The position numbers and the translations under genes are program-made. A stretch of DNA of 63,973 nt, filler included, from Piptocephalis cylindrospora (Eukaryota), in the NCBI GenBank assembly GCA_003614145.1. It is 4 parts of 4 records of this genome, joined end to end, with 100 filler letters (N's around TTAATTAATTAA, not from the genome) between each part and the next. Parts side by side here need not be neighbours in the genome. Positions count along the whole stretch, not along the records: positions 16,375 to 32,618 come from KZ987871.1; positions 32,719 to 48,930 come from KZ987872.1; 2 more parts are not named here. One strand, written 5' to 3'. This document shows positions 25,605-37,377 of the stretch, one piece after another. The stretch's first letter is position 1. Each line of letters opens with the position of its first letter. A model generated the notes under the pieces. It searched no databases. It had not been told where the DNA came from and was given only the letters and a program-made list of their open reading frames with translations.

Positions 25605-25711
25605 GGTGAATGGAATGAGGGCGAGACGGATGGGATAGAAAATGATGTATTGCATTTTTAGTTCGTAAACACACAATGGTGGGTGAAGTGAGAGATACAT
25701 GATAGAAAGGA

Positions 25712-27307
25712 TTAATTGTAGCGCTTCCCCTTAATCAAGGAAGCGGCACCAACGACAGCAGCAACGATGGCAAGAGCCATTTGGCCGGCTCCCATGTGAT
25801 GAGTACCATAGCCATCATGGCGCGAGCGAGATGTAGTATCGAGGGCGTATATGTATGTGTAGTCCCGATAATTCTCTAGGACGTAAAAATCCCTATAGAG
25901 GATATCTGGGGTAAAGGTGGTGAGTGCCTCATCCTTCACATAAATCGATTGGGTGATACGACCGATGAGCTTCTCAACAGGCTCGGATTTAAAGTCACCC
26001 GCGTGAATGGGCCCTCCATTCGTGCCCCTGCGGTCAGCTGCAATTTGGGGAGGATGATTTAGAGTGGAGGAGGAGTCCTGAGACGTCAACCAGTGCTCGT
26101 CAACCATCTTCCATAGAGTCATGGCAAAGGCCAGGGAGTCTTGGACCTTCCACCAGCCTTCATCAACAAACTCAACCCAATCGAGTTCCTCGGAGTAGTA
26201 GTTACTGATATCAACGTGCTGAAAGGCCTTGTCTTTGTCCTTTTCTGGGTTGTACTTGGCAAAGGAAAAGTCGGAGAGGTAAAGCTCAATGCTTTCATTC
26301 TCAATATCATAGGGGTCAATTTCGAGGCTAACTTTGATGGATTGGGGAGTAACATTACGATGGTAAATGTGCTTCTCAAACATATCCTTCAGAGCCTTGG
26401 CAATGGGTTCCATGGACTTGAAGAGGTGCTTAGGCTTGCAGTGATGGATATCAGTGCTCCTTTGCGCGACTTTATGCCGCACCATTTTGTATAATCCCTG
26501 AAAAGTGCTCTTTTTTGCGGCTCTATGCCGCGTTTCTTGGCAGAGGTTCTGAAGAGATCCGCTGTCCTCGCTTTTAGTGAGGACAATATAATGGTAAGGA
26601 TCCTCGGTGATGACATCAAGAATGGGGAGAATGTTTCGATGGTTGATCTCATAGGCGCGAGCATGGGCTTCGACGTGATTCCAGAAAAGTTCCTTGGTGT
26701 TGAAGTGTTTCTTGTACAAGGTACCTTTTCTCCAATAAACGGCATTGACTTTTGTTGAAGAAGAAGCGCCATTGGGCTTCCAATATCCGTATCCAGTGAC
26801 GTGAGCGCGATTATCATCGCGAGCAGGGCCGTCTTCTTTTCGGAATCTGAAATAGGGCTGAGCTTCCCGAGGATTCCGAGAACGTACAATGTTCTTGACC
26901 CAGTTACTCCAACTATGGTGCAATTCTAAGGATTCGTGGACAGCAATTAGAGAGCATTTACGCCAAGAACGATAATCCCCATTTTTTGGGAGCCGAAGAA
27001 AGATAGCATCCTCCTCCTTGTCCATCGTGCCCTCGGTCTTTCCCCGGACGGGACAGCCTTCTTTATCCACATGTCTTGCACCTCTATGAGCGGTACCTAT
27101 CAGTAAAAAAAATCATCCAAGTCCATGAGAGGATAGGAACGTGAGTCGGGGATGAGATGGGATGGGATGTAGGATGGGACGGAGAGAGGGGTACTTACCG
27201 TGTCCGGCTGAAGTGGACATTGCGCTCGCCCCTTTCATTGACGTGTTGCTGGATGCGAGTAGAAATGTGAGAAGGAGGAGGGGAGAAAGGAGTGGCCAGG
27301 TCCGCAT
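25712..27307 (-). CDS. Signal-peptide-bearing protein kinase-like (pseudokinase) protein with a C-terminal hydrophobic helix; exons 27307-27199 and 27096-25712
   Basis: Signal MRTWPLLSPLLLLTFLLASS. A GTAAGT..TAG intron joins it in frame. Kinase motifs HRNILPILDV, HIYHRNVTPQSI and LYLSDFSFA. Tail MALAIVAAVVGAASLIKGKRYN. Confidence 0.72.
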
Positions 27308-29616
27308 AGGGTTGGGGATACGCATAGGGTCGGGGATACGCATGAGGAGAGGCAGTGGGTCAGGAGGACTAAGAAGAGGGCGTAATCTGAACGTGAGACT
27401 GGGGAAAAATAAGAGGATGCACGTGAATCAGCCTGGGGAAAGTAGAACGTAACAAGATGCCGTGAAAAGACAGAAATGTGGATGGAAGGCGTAAGGGTAA
27501 AGAGAAAGAGGAAGTAGAGTAGCAGGCTTGGTAAGGGCAATCACTCCTCCACCCTTTATAGTGGTAGGATGCGGCGGAGGAATGCGATTCCATGTGCATA
27601 GCCCCCAGGTCAAAGCGGTGTTCAATAGGACCATTCATCACGTCTTTACCCAATGAACGTCGGAGTTTCTACTTGGCTGAGGAAACGGGAAGAATGGATA
27701 GTTCCTCTCATTCTCACTCAGCTCCTGCCAACCGGAGAGATCTACCGCATAGGAACGACGCGACCTTCAGAAGCAGGGCGAGGGGGAGGATCAGCTAGTA
27801 GGAGGGCTTTTGTCTTTAACCGAGTATTCGCTGAATGACAAAGGTCGAAGGCTCATGGCTTTCCCAGCCAGGTATGGAGACGTATTGAAGTGAAGGGAGC
27901 ACTGATCTGCCCATTTGGAGACACCTCAAGGACAACATGGCCTCAACGAGAATGTACTGGACCACACCATATGCCCACTCTGCCCTTGATGGGCTGGGAA
28001 TGAGGAGTAGGAGAATACAATAGTAGGTTGGGAAGAAACCAGCATGTGCTGCCAAGCCACTGAGGTGTACAAGGATCTCTGACCCTAGCATGGGTATGAG
28101 GCTATGACTGTATATGTCTCGTTGACCAAGAAAGCAGCGAAGATTATCGTATCTAGCATACAAAATCGTGCGTACAGCTCAATGAGAGAAACATACACTC
28201 TCGAGCCCTCCTGTGGAGACGGTGAGATAAGTCCAGATCCTTAAGCCGCTCGATAAAACGGCGTGTTACTGAACAGGCTTTGATTTACTCGGTTGAAAGC
28301 ATAAAATTACTATGCTCATTTAATGGTGCAGGCGAGGAGACGTGAGCACATGTCCATGATCCGCGTGGATAGGAGGGTGCATGATACCCAAGGGTAACAT
28401 CTGGACATATGCTCAGTGAACGGGGATGTGAGTTTCGCGCTCTACCCGTTTAGCATCCGTAAGCATGCCTCTAGGCTCTTGTCAGAAGAGCATTTAGGGA
28501 AGAGGGGAACGAGGCTGGGAGGATTCTGTGGTTTCCCGTCGGTCCACCGGCATTCTTTCAGGCATCTCCCTTTCTTTAGCCTCTTCCTCCTCTTCTTGCC
28601 CCATTTCATCTTTAAATTCGTGCCTTCGTTTTCCTTCACAAGCAATGGCCTCATCTACTCGCTTCCTCCTCTGGGTTGGCTTTGCTCCTTCTACTTCATT
28701 AGTCAGTCGTTTCCTCCTCTGGGTGTGTGGCTGCCCCTGGTGCCAACATAAAGGGAATGGAGCTGGGTACGATGGGCTAACCAGACATACCTGCACACAC
28801 TGGATCCTTTTCCTCAGCCGTTCCTCCCTAAACATCCCTCTTCCTCTCCTCCATCTCTTTCATCAATATTCAACCTTATTTCTAGTACGTAGAGGCAAGA
28901 AAAGGGCGTAGATTATTGTCGTTAGTTCCAACGAAGGAGTCTATTCTTAACCAGTTGTATCTACACAAAAGGATCCGCAAAGGGAGAAGGCGAAAAGGGC
29001 GGTCATCGCATCTCCAGTGTATAAAAGCCCCGAGTATGCCTTTCCACACTGCCCATTCCCTCCATCGCCTCCAATAAAGGGTTCATGGGTCGATCTGCCC
29101 AGAAATGACAATGAGGTACCATATGCAGGAGACAGTCAGATGATCTGGTTCCCCAAGACCGAATGAGCGCGTGCATCCGTGTCAACTCCGATGCCGTCCC
29201 TCCACAGTCCATCCCTATCCTTGGGGTTTCCCATGATCTCTTCCTGCTTGATTTGAGGAGAGGTAATGCCCAGTCGGAATATATGAATATACTTGCAGGA
29301 CCCCATCCTTAGGAGTTAGGAGTCATCCTCGTTCCTCCTATTCACCTCGTATTTCCCTTAACTTCATGCACTTTTCTCACCATCTAGCCCGGCTAAGGCC
29401 TTCCAGAAACCCGTCTCCGGCATGTCTAGCCGAGAATATCCATCGACACCTCGTTGACCCTCCAGACTCCTCGAGAGACGCTTCTACCACCCATACCACG
29501 CCTATCCCACACCCAGCCCTCAGTACTGGAGATATCGGAAAGGCCTTAAAAAAACCCCAGCATCTCTCCAAGGTTCTACCCTACCTTCATGCCTACCCAG
29601 CACCCCCGTCTACGGA

Positions 29617-30336
29617 ATGGGCCGTCGCTGCCCACATCACTTTAGATTCAACCTCCTCCAGTGGGGCCCTGAGCCCCTCGATGAACTCGAATACCGATCC
29701 AGACCCCAACACCCCTATCTCCCCTCCTCTCCCCTCAACCCATCCTTCTCCCCCGATCTTCGTAAGGATAAGGCCCTTCCAGACCCACCACCCCGTGTTC
29801 GAGTGGATGCATCTGATTTGAACCCGGGGGATGCGCCCCCCCTAGATGCCATCTCGGCCAGGGCCCATTGGTGGGGCTTTGAGCTCCTTATCCCACACAG
29901 TCAAATGGAGCATGTAGCGGGTGTTGTGTCCAACACCCAGACTTTCCTCTTAATCATGGACAGAATTGCCGATCGTGTCCCCGTGATCAAACCCTTCATC
30001 GGCCCCCTCTCTGCCTACCTTACCTGGCAATGGCGGATTGTTTCTCGGTCAGACCGGGGACAAGGCGTCATCCTCTCGGCTATCTGGCTTGTCCCTGCTC
30101 TCTTTGTTCCACGACCCTGGGATGTACCCCAGGATCATGGGCCACCCCAGTCCATTGGCCCGACCAAAGCGGTCTTTGGTACAGCCTCTCTTTTTCTCGA
30201 GGCCCCATCTCCCCTACCAAAGGATATGAAGCTCAAGAGGGGAAGAAAGGAGAGGGGAGAGAGACTGAAAGAGGCCCCCTCTAGCCGACGCTGGCTTCCA
30301 CGTTTGTCCATTCCTAAAAAGAACAGGACAGCTTAG
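29617..30336 (+). CDS. Conserved-looking fungal hypothetical protein (5' end uncertain)
   Basis: Globular segment AISARAHWWGFELLIPH...PFIGPLSAYL..DRGQGVILSAIWLVPALFVPRPWD. The N-terminus is unresolved because ORF 29366-29821 overlaps it. Confidence 0.6.
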   Translation: MGRRCPHHFRFNLLQWGPEPLDELEYRSRPQHPYLPSSPLNPSFSPDLRKDKALPDPPPRVRVDASDLNPGDAPPLDAISARAHWWGFELLIPHSQMEHVAGVVSNTQTFLLIMDRIADRVPVIKPFIGPLSAYLTWQWRIVSRSDRGQGVILSAIWLVPALFVPRPWDVPQDHGPPQSIGPTKAVFGTASLFLEAPSPLPKDMKLKRGRKERGERLKEAPSSRRWLPRLSIPKKNRTA

Positions 30337-30606
30337 GGAGAGGGCGTCTTTTCCTTCCTCTTGTCGTATTTCATTGTGTTTTATAGTCGTCGTGGAAATG
30401 GTGACGGTGATGATCAAACAAGTGTCATCTTTCTATCTCCTACCCGACTTCGTACATCCCTCACACTGGTATTCCATGTCCCAGTGATAGTATTAAAAAA
30501 AGAGAGGACAAGAGAGAGGGAGAGGATCAAAGGAAAATAAGGCAAGCGGGCCTACCTATCCACATCTCGCCCCACTACTCATCTACGAGCCTTCTCTGTA
30601 CGCTTA

Positions 30607-32463
30607 TTATCCCCGATCCCTCCCACCAGAATGACCTCCTCCAGAGGAGTGATGGTGCGATGTGGCCCGAGATCCCCCTCCATGCCTCCTTCCGCCACTG
30701 CCACTGGCCGGAGGTTTCTTCAGGGTGGTCATCCCCACCAAGTTGACCTCAGCAGGGGTTTTTACTGCTGTGCTCGACGAGGAAGGTATGGATGGAGGCT
30801 GGGGAGGCGCGGGAGGAAGGGGAGTTCGGGCAAAGGGAATGGTCTCCCCGTCATCCAGGACCATGAGCGGCCCGGTTGCTACTCCTCCCTCATCGCCCCC
30901 ACCGCCCACATGGTCTCCCCCGTGGGTGGGGAGCCAAGGTCGACGGGACCGAACATTCCTCCGTCGACGCCGATCGCTCCGAGCACTACTCCGGTCGGCT
31001 GAATGATAACCTGAAGGAGAAGAAGAGGCTGACCCGGCCGATGACCCCCCACCCCCACCTCCGGCCGCACCAATTCCCTCCACCCCCCCTTCCCCAGAGA
31101 CCCCACCGACGATATCGGCTAGGACACGTAGGGACTTGACCCGAGGACTGGGTATCGCAGCAATCTCATCGTCGGGACGCAAGGCTCCGATGACCTCAAG
31201 ATCCGGAAGGGCCTCTGACTCAAGCTGCTCCCTTCGAGCAGCCAGCTCTCGGGCTGCCGACCCTGCATGAGGGATGTGTCCGGATGCAGGATGGTCTAGA
31301 TCATGCAGGGCTCGGGCGTACGCGTCCGCCTGCTCCCGGATCCCATGGGCAATCAGGGAAGGGAAAGTACTGGGTAGACCTAGTTCCATTGCGACGCACT
31401 CAGCAAATCGCTCGGGAGCTCCCTTGGCATACGGTACCTCCCACTCAAATTGATCCGTATACATTGTGCCGGAATCCGCTAGTTCCAGACGTATGACGAC
31501 GCGACGCTCAGGCTGTCGTATCCGAGGAGGGATCGGCTGAGAGGAAGAGATGGAAGAGGTGAGGTTGGCGTGGGCGGAAGAAGAGGAGGAGGGGGAAGTG
31601 AGGGAGAGAGGGGTTCCGTGAGGATGGGGCCCCGTAGAAAGGGGAAGATGACCCGAGGCTGGGATAGACGCTGAGCCCTTCCCCAGCCTTCCCGCCCCCC
31701 CACGATCATCCAGAGAGAACAAGGAGGGTGCCGGGGTCAAGGAAGGTATCGGGGAAGTGGGAAGGGTGGAGCCTGCAGCGGTCAATTGCTCCGCCATCGA
31801 TCGAACAATCTGAGGGATAAAGGATTTGGGCAATCGGAGGTCATCGCATAGAATCTGGGCAAAGACCTGAGGGGTCAGGGAGGGCTCGTCTCGAGCCCAG
31901 GTAAAGGAATCTCGTAGGGTATGACCATCGGCCTCAATGTCCAATCGAATGGGGATAAGATGCCGGTCCTCCGGAATGGGCATGTCCAGTGCCGGGGGAG
32001 GTGAGGGTGGTCGAGCTTGGAGGCGCTTCTCCGCCGAGCCCAACTCATGCATCTCCAAGGGGTTCCGTCGACGTTTCCGACTCACCGCTGTTGACGGCAC
32101 TACTCGCAATGCACCTCCCTCCCCCTCCGTCCCGTTCCCATATCCAGCCCACCCGGGTGTAAAGGGTGAGGGCGAGGGAGAGTGGAGACGACGCAAGAGG
32201 TCCTGTCGGTACTGAAGGGTTAGGGCCTGACGTTGCTGCTGTCGCTGCTGCGCCGTGAGGTTGACCCGGTCTCGTAGAATGATGGAACGAAGGGTCTCCA
32301 CTGATTCCGGCCCTTCCACTGTCACAGTCGGTGGGGGCGGAGGCCGGACACCTGAAGTAGGGGCCGGGGAGATGGGAGTGGGAGTGGGGGTGGGGGTGGG
32401 GGTAAACGTGGAGGTCGGTGGAGGACCCGAGCCCACTGGGGCCGAGGAGGTAGGTGCGGTCAT
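30607..32463 (-). CDS. SNF5: SWI/SNF chromatin remodelling subunit Snf5/SMARCB1
   Basis: GWAGYGNG motif and two SNF5 repeats: LIPIRLDIE..LRDSFTW..PQVFAQILCDDL and RVVIRLE..DQFEWE..PERFAE...IAHGIREQ. Confidence 0.88.
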   Translation of the reverse strand: MTAPTSSAPVGSGPPPTSTFTPTPTPTPTPISPAPTSGVRPPPPPTVTVEGPESVETLRSIILRDRVNLTAQQRQQQRQALTLQYRQDLLRRLHSPSPSPFTPGWAGYGNGTEGEGGALRVVPSTAVSRKRRRNPLEMHELGSAEKRLQARPPSPPPALDMPIPEDRHLIPIRLDIEADGHTLRDSFTWARDEPSLTPQVFAQILCDDLRLPKSFIPQIVRSMAEQLTAAGSTLPTSPIPSLTPAPSLFSLDDRGGAGRLGKGSASIPASGHLPLSTGPHPHGTPLSLTSPSSSSSAHANLTSSISSSQPIPPRIRQPERRVVIRLELADSGTMYTDQFEWEVPYAKGAPERFAECVAMELGLPSTFPSLIAHGIREQADAYARALHDLDHPASGHIPHAGSAARELAARREQLESEALPDLEVIGALRPDDEIAAIPSPRVKSLRVLADIVGGVSGEGGVEGIGAAGGGGGGSSAGSASSSPSGYHSADRSSARSDRRRRRNVRSRRPWLPTHGGDHVGGGGDEGGVATGPLMVLDDGETIPFARTPLPPAPPQPPSIPSSSSTAVKTPAEVNLVGMTTLKKPPASGSGGRRHGGGSRATSHHHSSGGGHSGGRDRG

Positions 32464-32555
32464 GGGATCTGTAGTTTGATGAAAGAAGAGCTATTCTCGC
32501 TTGAGATGCCAACGAGAACGACCAGAATCAAAATGTCAGTGTTTTGTTTGGGCAA

Positions 32556-32618
32556 AGAAAAGGGCATGAAGTTAAGGGAAATACGAGGTGAATAGGAGGA
32601 ACGAGGATGACTCCTAAC
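32556..32618 (-). repeat. Inverted copy of 29315-29377 at the contig end (probable amplification chimera)
   Basis: The reverse complement matches gttaggagtcatcctcgttcctcctattcacctcgtatttcccttaacttcatgc(a/c)cttttct with one mismatch. Confidence 0.85.
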
Positions 32619-32718
32619 NNNNNNNNNNNNNNNNNNNNNNNNNNNNNNNNNNNNNNNNNNNNTTAATTAATTAANNNNNNNNNNNNNNNNNNNNNNNNNN
32701 NNNNNNNNNNNNNNNNNN
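32619..32718. other. Artificial contig spacer
   Basis: N44-TTAATTAATTAA-N44. Confidence 0.98.
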
Positions 32719-33192
32719 GAGTGTAAGGCGGTGGCACTGTGGGGAGGGGAGCAGCACAGCCTGACACCTGTGGCAGCGGAGAGGGGCATTCCTGGTATTA
32801 TCAGGCATGAATGTGTGGCATTTCTGACATCGCCTATTCCCACGACTTGACCTCTAGAAGACGCCCGAGCGCACATTCTCATATGTTTTCATAGTTCGAT
32901 CCACTGTGGCGGTATCTTTGCATTCGTGTGAACTCCGCAGCGCAGATAGTTGTCACATTCGAACTCAGCAAAAAATTCACGCGGACCATGCGTATGCCCA
33001 ACCCATACGTCCTCTTATGTAGATATATGTCGGCGTCCAGTGTACGTAACCTTATCCATACCGCCATAATCCCATCCACCCTCTCTCCTTCCCCTTTTTC
33101 CATCATCTCGCGCCCTCTATTTTAGCACTAGCCTCAGTATCATTCCTGATTCTCTGCCATCCACTCCTTCAAAAGCGACATACTGAATAATC

Positions 33193-35768
33193 ATGAGGGG
33201 TCAAGTCACCAGTCATGATCAGAGGCAGCGTATCCTCAACCACGCGATAGTTGAAGTGATGGTCCCTGCTCTTCCCGCTGGGTTCTTGGTTACCCGTTCA
33301 GATCCTTTGAATTTGGCTCGTAACCATTCCACGCATGATGAATCCCCACCCACTGCAGGCATATCTCCTTCAGAGTAAGTTGCTTGCTGGGTGGACGGGT
33401 TGTGGTTCTGGCTTGATTGATTGTTGAAATTTATTCTCAATCCAATCACTCATTATCATCTAGCACGGCACCGGTGGATACTGAAATTACGCTGGATGGG
33501 GATGGCATTTCATCAGCTAGGCGAGAGTTTGAGGAAGGAAATCCCGAATCCCTTGATGAATTCCTTGGAAGGTTCACCTTTGAGGACGATGATATCTTCC
33601 CCGCATCATGTGAAGATATTCATACGGTAATATACGGATTTCCTTCGAATTCTCCTCCTACTCCTCGACCATTAAAATTTAAATCATCTATGCCTCCAAG
33701 GTTTCCATCTGCAGAAATCCACATAGATGTTGATTCTTTCCTATGGAATCTGGAAAGTCTTCCCCTTACGGTCCCGATAACTATCTTCCCAAACCCAAAG
33801 ACGTGGTTGAATATTACTGGCAATCACACATACATCCACAGCCCTGGCCTGCGAAAGAATGTCCTGATGTCCAATACCCCACACTGTCTCTTTGGGGAAA
33901 TCGACCATGACATCACGGTTTATGTTGTATTCCCTCGAATGACCCCAGATATCTTACCGGCTAACCAAGATTATTTGCCCCGTTCCATCCGGGATCAATG
34001 GTACACAGAGGTGGTGTTCAAGGCTATTTCACGGACGGCATCACACAGAATCATCCAGTACCTCCAGGATGACCCTGGTCGTGCAGAGTCTCTTCTTGGC
34101 AATTGGTCAACAGGTCTCCATCTTCAACCAACGGTGGCTCAGCGGATGAGCCTGGAGATGAGGACCATTGTCAATTCAAATGAAAATTTGACCCAGATTT
34201 TTGGAGGTTTTATTTTTCATGCCTCGGCTAAGGGAATGAAAAATAAAACTACAATTCCATTGGAAGACCTCCAGGATGATTCGACCCGGCGCCAATGGAT
34301 GGATGTGGTCATTGGTCGTTTTGTGGATGTTTTCGGGGATGAAGGGCGGGCTACAATGCAGATGGATGTTGGCGCCGAGGTCATGCCATCGCCTGCCGCT
34401 GTGGAGGAGAATGGTCCCCTGCATTTCCTTTGGAGGAGCGAGGTCACCAAGGAATTGAAAATGGGCATGCCAGTGGCCCCAAGAAGGCATGAATGGTGGC
34501 TTACGGATGCTGTGGCTGGAGCAGTGGCGGACCTGGGTCCGAATGGTGCAATTGAGGTGGGCTCCCCCTCCCCCCCAATATCGTATTTTCAAACATATCA
34601 TGTTGATAAAACTTTATTGGCACTCAAAAAGGGACATTGGATGGAAAAGCTCCAAGGAAAGGACATGACCTGGAAGAGAGGGAGGATGAGTGAGTCGTGG
34701 GAGATGATGAGAGATGGTGTATGCGCAGGGGCCCGAAGATCCTGGGCTGCCCGCGCAGAAGGCCGCATCTCCTCCCAAGCATTCTACCGGGATCGTACAT
34801 GGAGTGGTATCATTCCTCTCTGTCAGGATATTGTGCAAAATCCGGCCAATTACCACTACGCTCTCCCCTCTCCTCTGGTATCCCGGTACAAGGCTGTGAA
34901 TCTTTGGGTAATCCGTGAGGGGATTATCCAAACAGATTCATTGGATGAAACCGAAAGTGACCAATTTGCCGATCAACGGCGGGGGTTCCGGGACCTAATG
35001 GCCAGTGTATACCGTGGCCTTTATCGGGGAATAGCTTTTGCCCCGGACAGGTCAATTGTGTTTGGTCCTCGGAACAGAGTAAGGATTGATGGGTTCGGCT
35101 TAGCCAGGTCCATCGCTCTTAGCAAAAGGCACATGTACCCCGTCGGGAAAGTGAGCTGGTTGTCTTCGAGGGCATGCCCTATGGGGTTGGATCAGGACAC
35201 AAGGGCACGGCCAGGGGTCCCATTGGAGGGAATCCCAGTGGAGATTGAGATGGAAGGACTACCTGATCATGGATCGGATGGTAGGATGATGGATGCGGAT
35301 TGGACTCCTCAGATGGCCGCCAGCACGATCATTGACTTATTCAAGGGTGATATGATCAGGCTAACTGAGCATTACCAGACGGCCTCCAACATAACCTCGT
35401 GGACCCTGGAGCAAGTCCGAATGGCCATTCCCATGAGGATGGAGGGACCAATCTCTAGGAGGACAAATGCTAGGTCATGGCGGGAACTCTATGAGTATAT
35501 ATTTCCACGGGCAAATGGTGATCTGAACCTCTACCGAAATCCACCTCGGTGGGGTAGAGTTGGGTACTTGGAGGCATATTTCGTTCAATGCACCCTACTC
35601 TCCCGCCATCAAACAGATCTCCCAGTGGGCTCCCCAAGGGCGTTCGATGATGAACTTTGGCGTTTGTTTAGAGGCATTGACTGTGTGACCCGGCCGTATA
35701 TTCGAAATAAGTTCGTGGAAGGGTATGGAGGTTCAATTTTTATTGACCTCCCTGAAGGATCCCAATAG
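33193..35768 (+). CDS. Uncharacterised ~828-aa protein; exons 33193-33374 and 33464-35768
   Basis: 2.3-kb uninterrupted, complex-composition ORF. The GTAAGT(33375)..TAG(33463) intron joins the upstream ATG ORF in frame (GA|C = Asp). Confidence 0.75.
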
Positions 35769-35933
35769 CCGATATGTGTTAGAGCTAGGATGAGCAAGTC
35801 GTTCGTGAATAAATGTTGCTATATATGCAAGATAACTATCTGTATGCATTTAAAACAGCGTAATTGTATATTAAAGCTCATGAATTGAGAAAAAGGGCCC
35901 CTCTATCCTGGATGGTAATGAACAGAGGATATA

Positions 35934-36085
35934 CAATGTATCGTGAATGAGCCGATATTTATACCGTCATGGACCCCTTCCTTTATCATTCTTCTTCTGG
36001 GAAACCATTCTTGACGAAATAAAATGCGCTAGAAGCGCAAGGACAACACAATCAAGAAGAACTAAAGCGATCTTAAATTAATTAA
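35934..36085 (+). repeat. Left terminal inverted repeat
   Basis: Reverse complement of 37098-37249 with about 7 mismatches. Confidence 0.92.
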
Positions 36086-36173
36086 GAACTCGTTGCAGGA
36101 ATGAAATAATTATGATATAAACTAAACCGGTATATTTTCGATGCAGGATTCCGCAAATTCCATTTCCAAACCA

Positions 36174-36899
36174 TCAATATCTCATACTTCCGCCCTTTAC
36201 CTTTAGCATAGCCTGGATCCTTGAAGACATGCTGTCGATAAGTTTCAGGACTACATCCTGGAGGATCCGATCCCATTCTAGGACTTGGATCCTATTTGAG
36301 GAAAGCTAACTCCGGGCTTTGGTAGAGTTATGTTTTGGGTCATTGTCTTGCTGGAAGATGACATCCTCTTCACCAAGGCCCCAGTCATCCAGCGATGATA
36401 GATATCTTTCTTCCAATCCATTACAACATTTTCCCTCATCCATCCTCTCACCAATTTTATAGAGCCTACTAACCCTATAGACAGACATACAGCCCCAGAT
36501 TAGCACATTACCTCCTTCAAACTTAATTGTAAGTACTACATTTCCGTCATGGAGAGCCTCTCCAGGTCTTCTGCCTCTCAATCTCCCCCTTTTAATGGCA
36601 CGACGCACTGTATCGGTACTAACCTTTATCCCGCGGTGAGCGGAAAGTTGTCTTGCGATTCTCCTGGCTGATCTCCCGCGTGCTGTAATTACATTCCGGA
36701 TGGCCATCCGCTCTTCTTTCGGGGTTAGAGATCTTGAGCGGCCGCCTGGGTTAGGTTTTCCTGCCATTCCTAGCTCTTTACGCCTCCTCATTGCCGTAGA
36801 TGCTCCTACCTTAGTCGTAGCAGCCACTTAACGGAGCAATTGACCCTTCTCCACGAGCATCTTGATGCGTAGAGTTGTTTCTTTTGGTATGGCTTTCAT
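36174..36899 (-). pseudogene. Tc1 transposase pseudogene with two in-frame deletions and two premature stops
   Basis: MKAIPKETTLRIKML...; it lacks the WTDE and NPIE segments present in copy 1. Stops TAA (~36828) and TAG (36306). Confidence 0.9.
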
Positions 36900-37097
36900 G
36901 GTTGAGAGAGATAATGTAGATCATAATGTGGGGGGTGATGAAGAGCCCCGGCCCTTATAATGGTATTCTTATAGTTTAATTCCTGCTATTTTAGCTTTTA
37001 TAGCGATGTGATTGAGAAAGTGAATTTAAGCTGACCCTACATCGAAAGCGCGCCGGTGTAGTCTATATCATAATTTCTTGATTTCTGCAATGGACTA

Positions 37098-37249
37098 TTA
37101 ATAAATTTAAGGTCACTTTAGTTCTTCTTGACTGTGTCGTCCTTGCGCTTCTAGCGCATTTTATTTCGTCAAGAATGGTTTCCCAGAAGAAGAATGATAA
37201 AGGAAGGGGTCCATGACGGTATAAATATCGGCTCATTCACGATGCACTG
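37098..37249 (-). repeat. Right terminal inverted repeat
   Basis: Pairs with 35934-36085. Confidence 0.92.
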
Positions 37250-37377
37250 TGCAACTGACCACAATACACCTTATTCCGCTTATACCCAGGGCTGGTGCCA
37301 GGACCCTCCAAGGCAGGTGTGGAAATGGCCTGTTCTTCCTTCCTTTCCGATCTCGCTTGACCTTTCATCCCTTCATC

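Larger units (their letters stand above)
35934..37249 (-). mobile_element. Tc1-family transposon, copy 2, internally deleted, with ~150-bp TIRs
   Basis: TIRs at 35934-36085 and 37098-37249 begin CA(A/G)TG. TA lies on the left and TG on the right. The transposase is homologous to copy 1. Confidence 0.93.
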
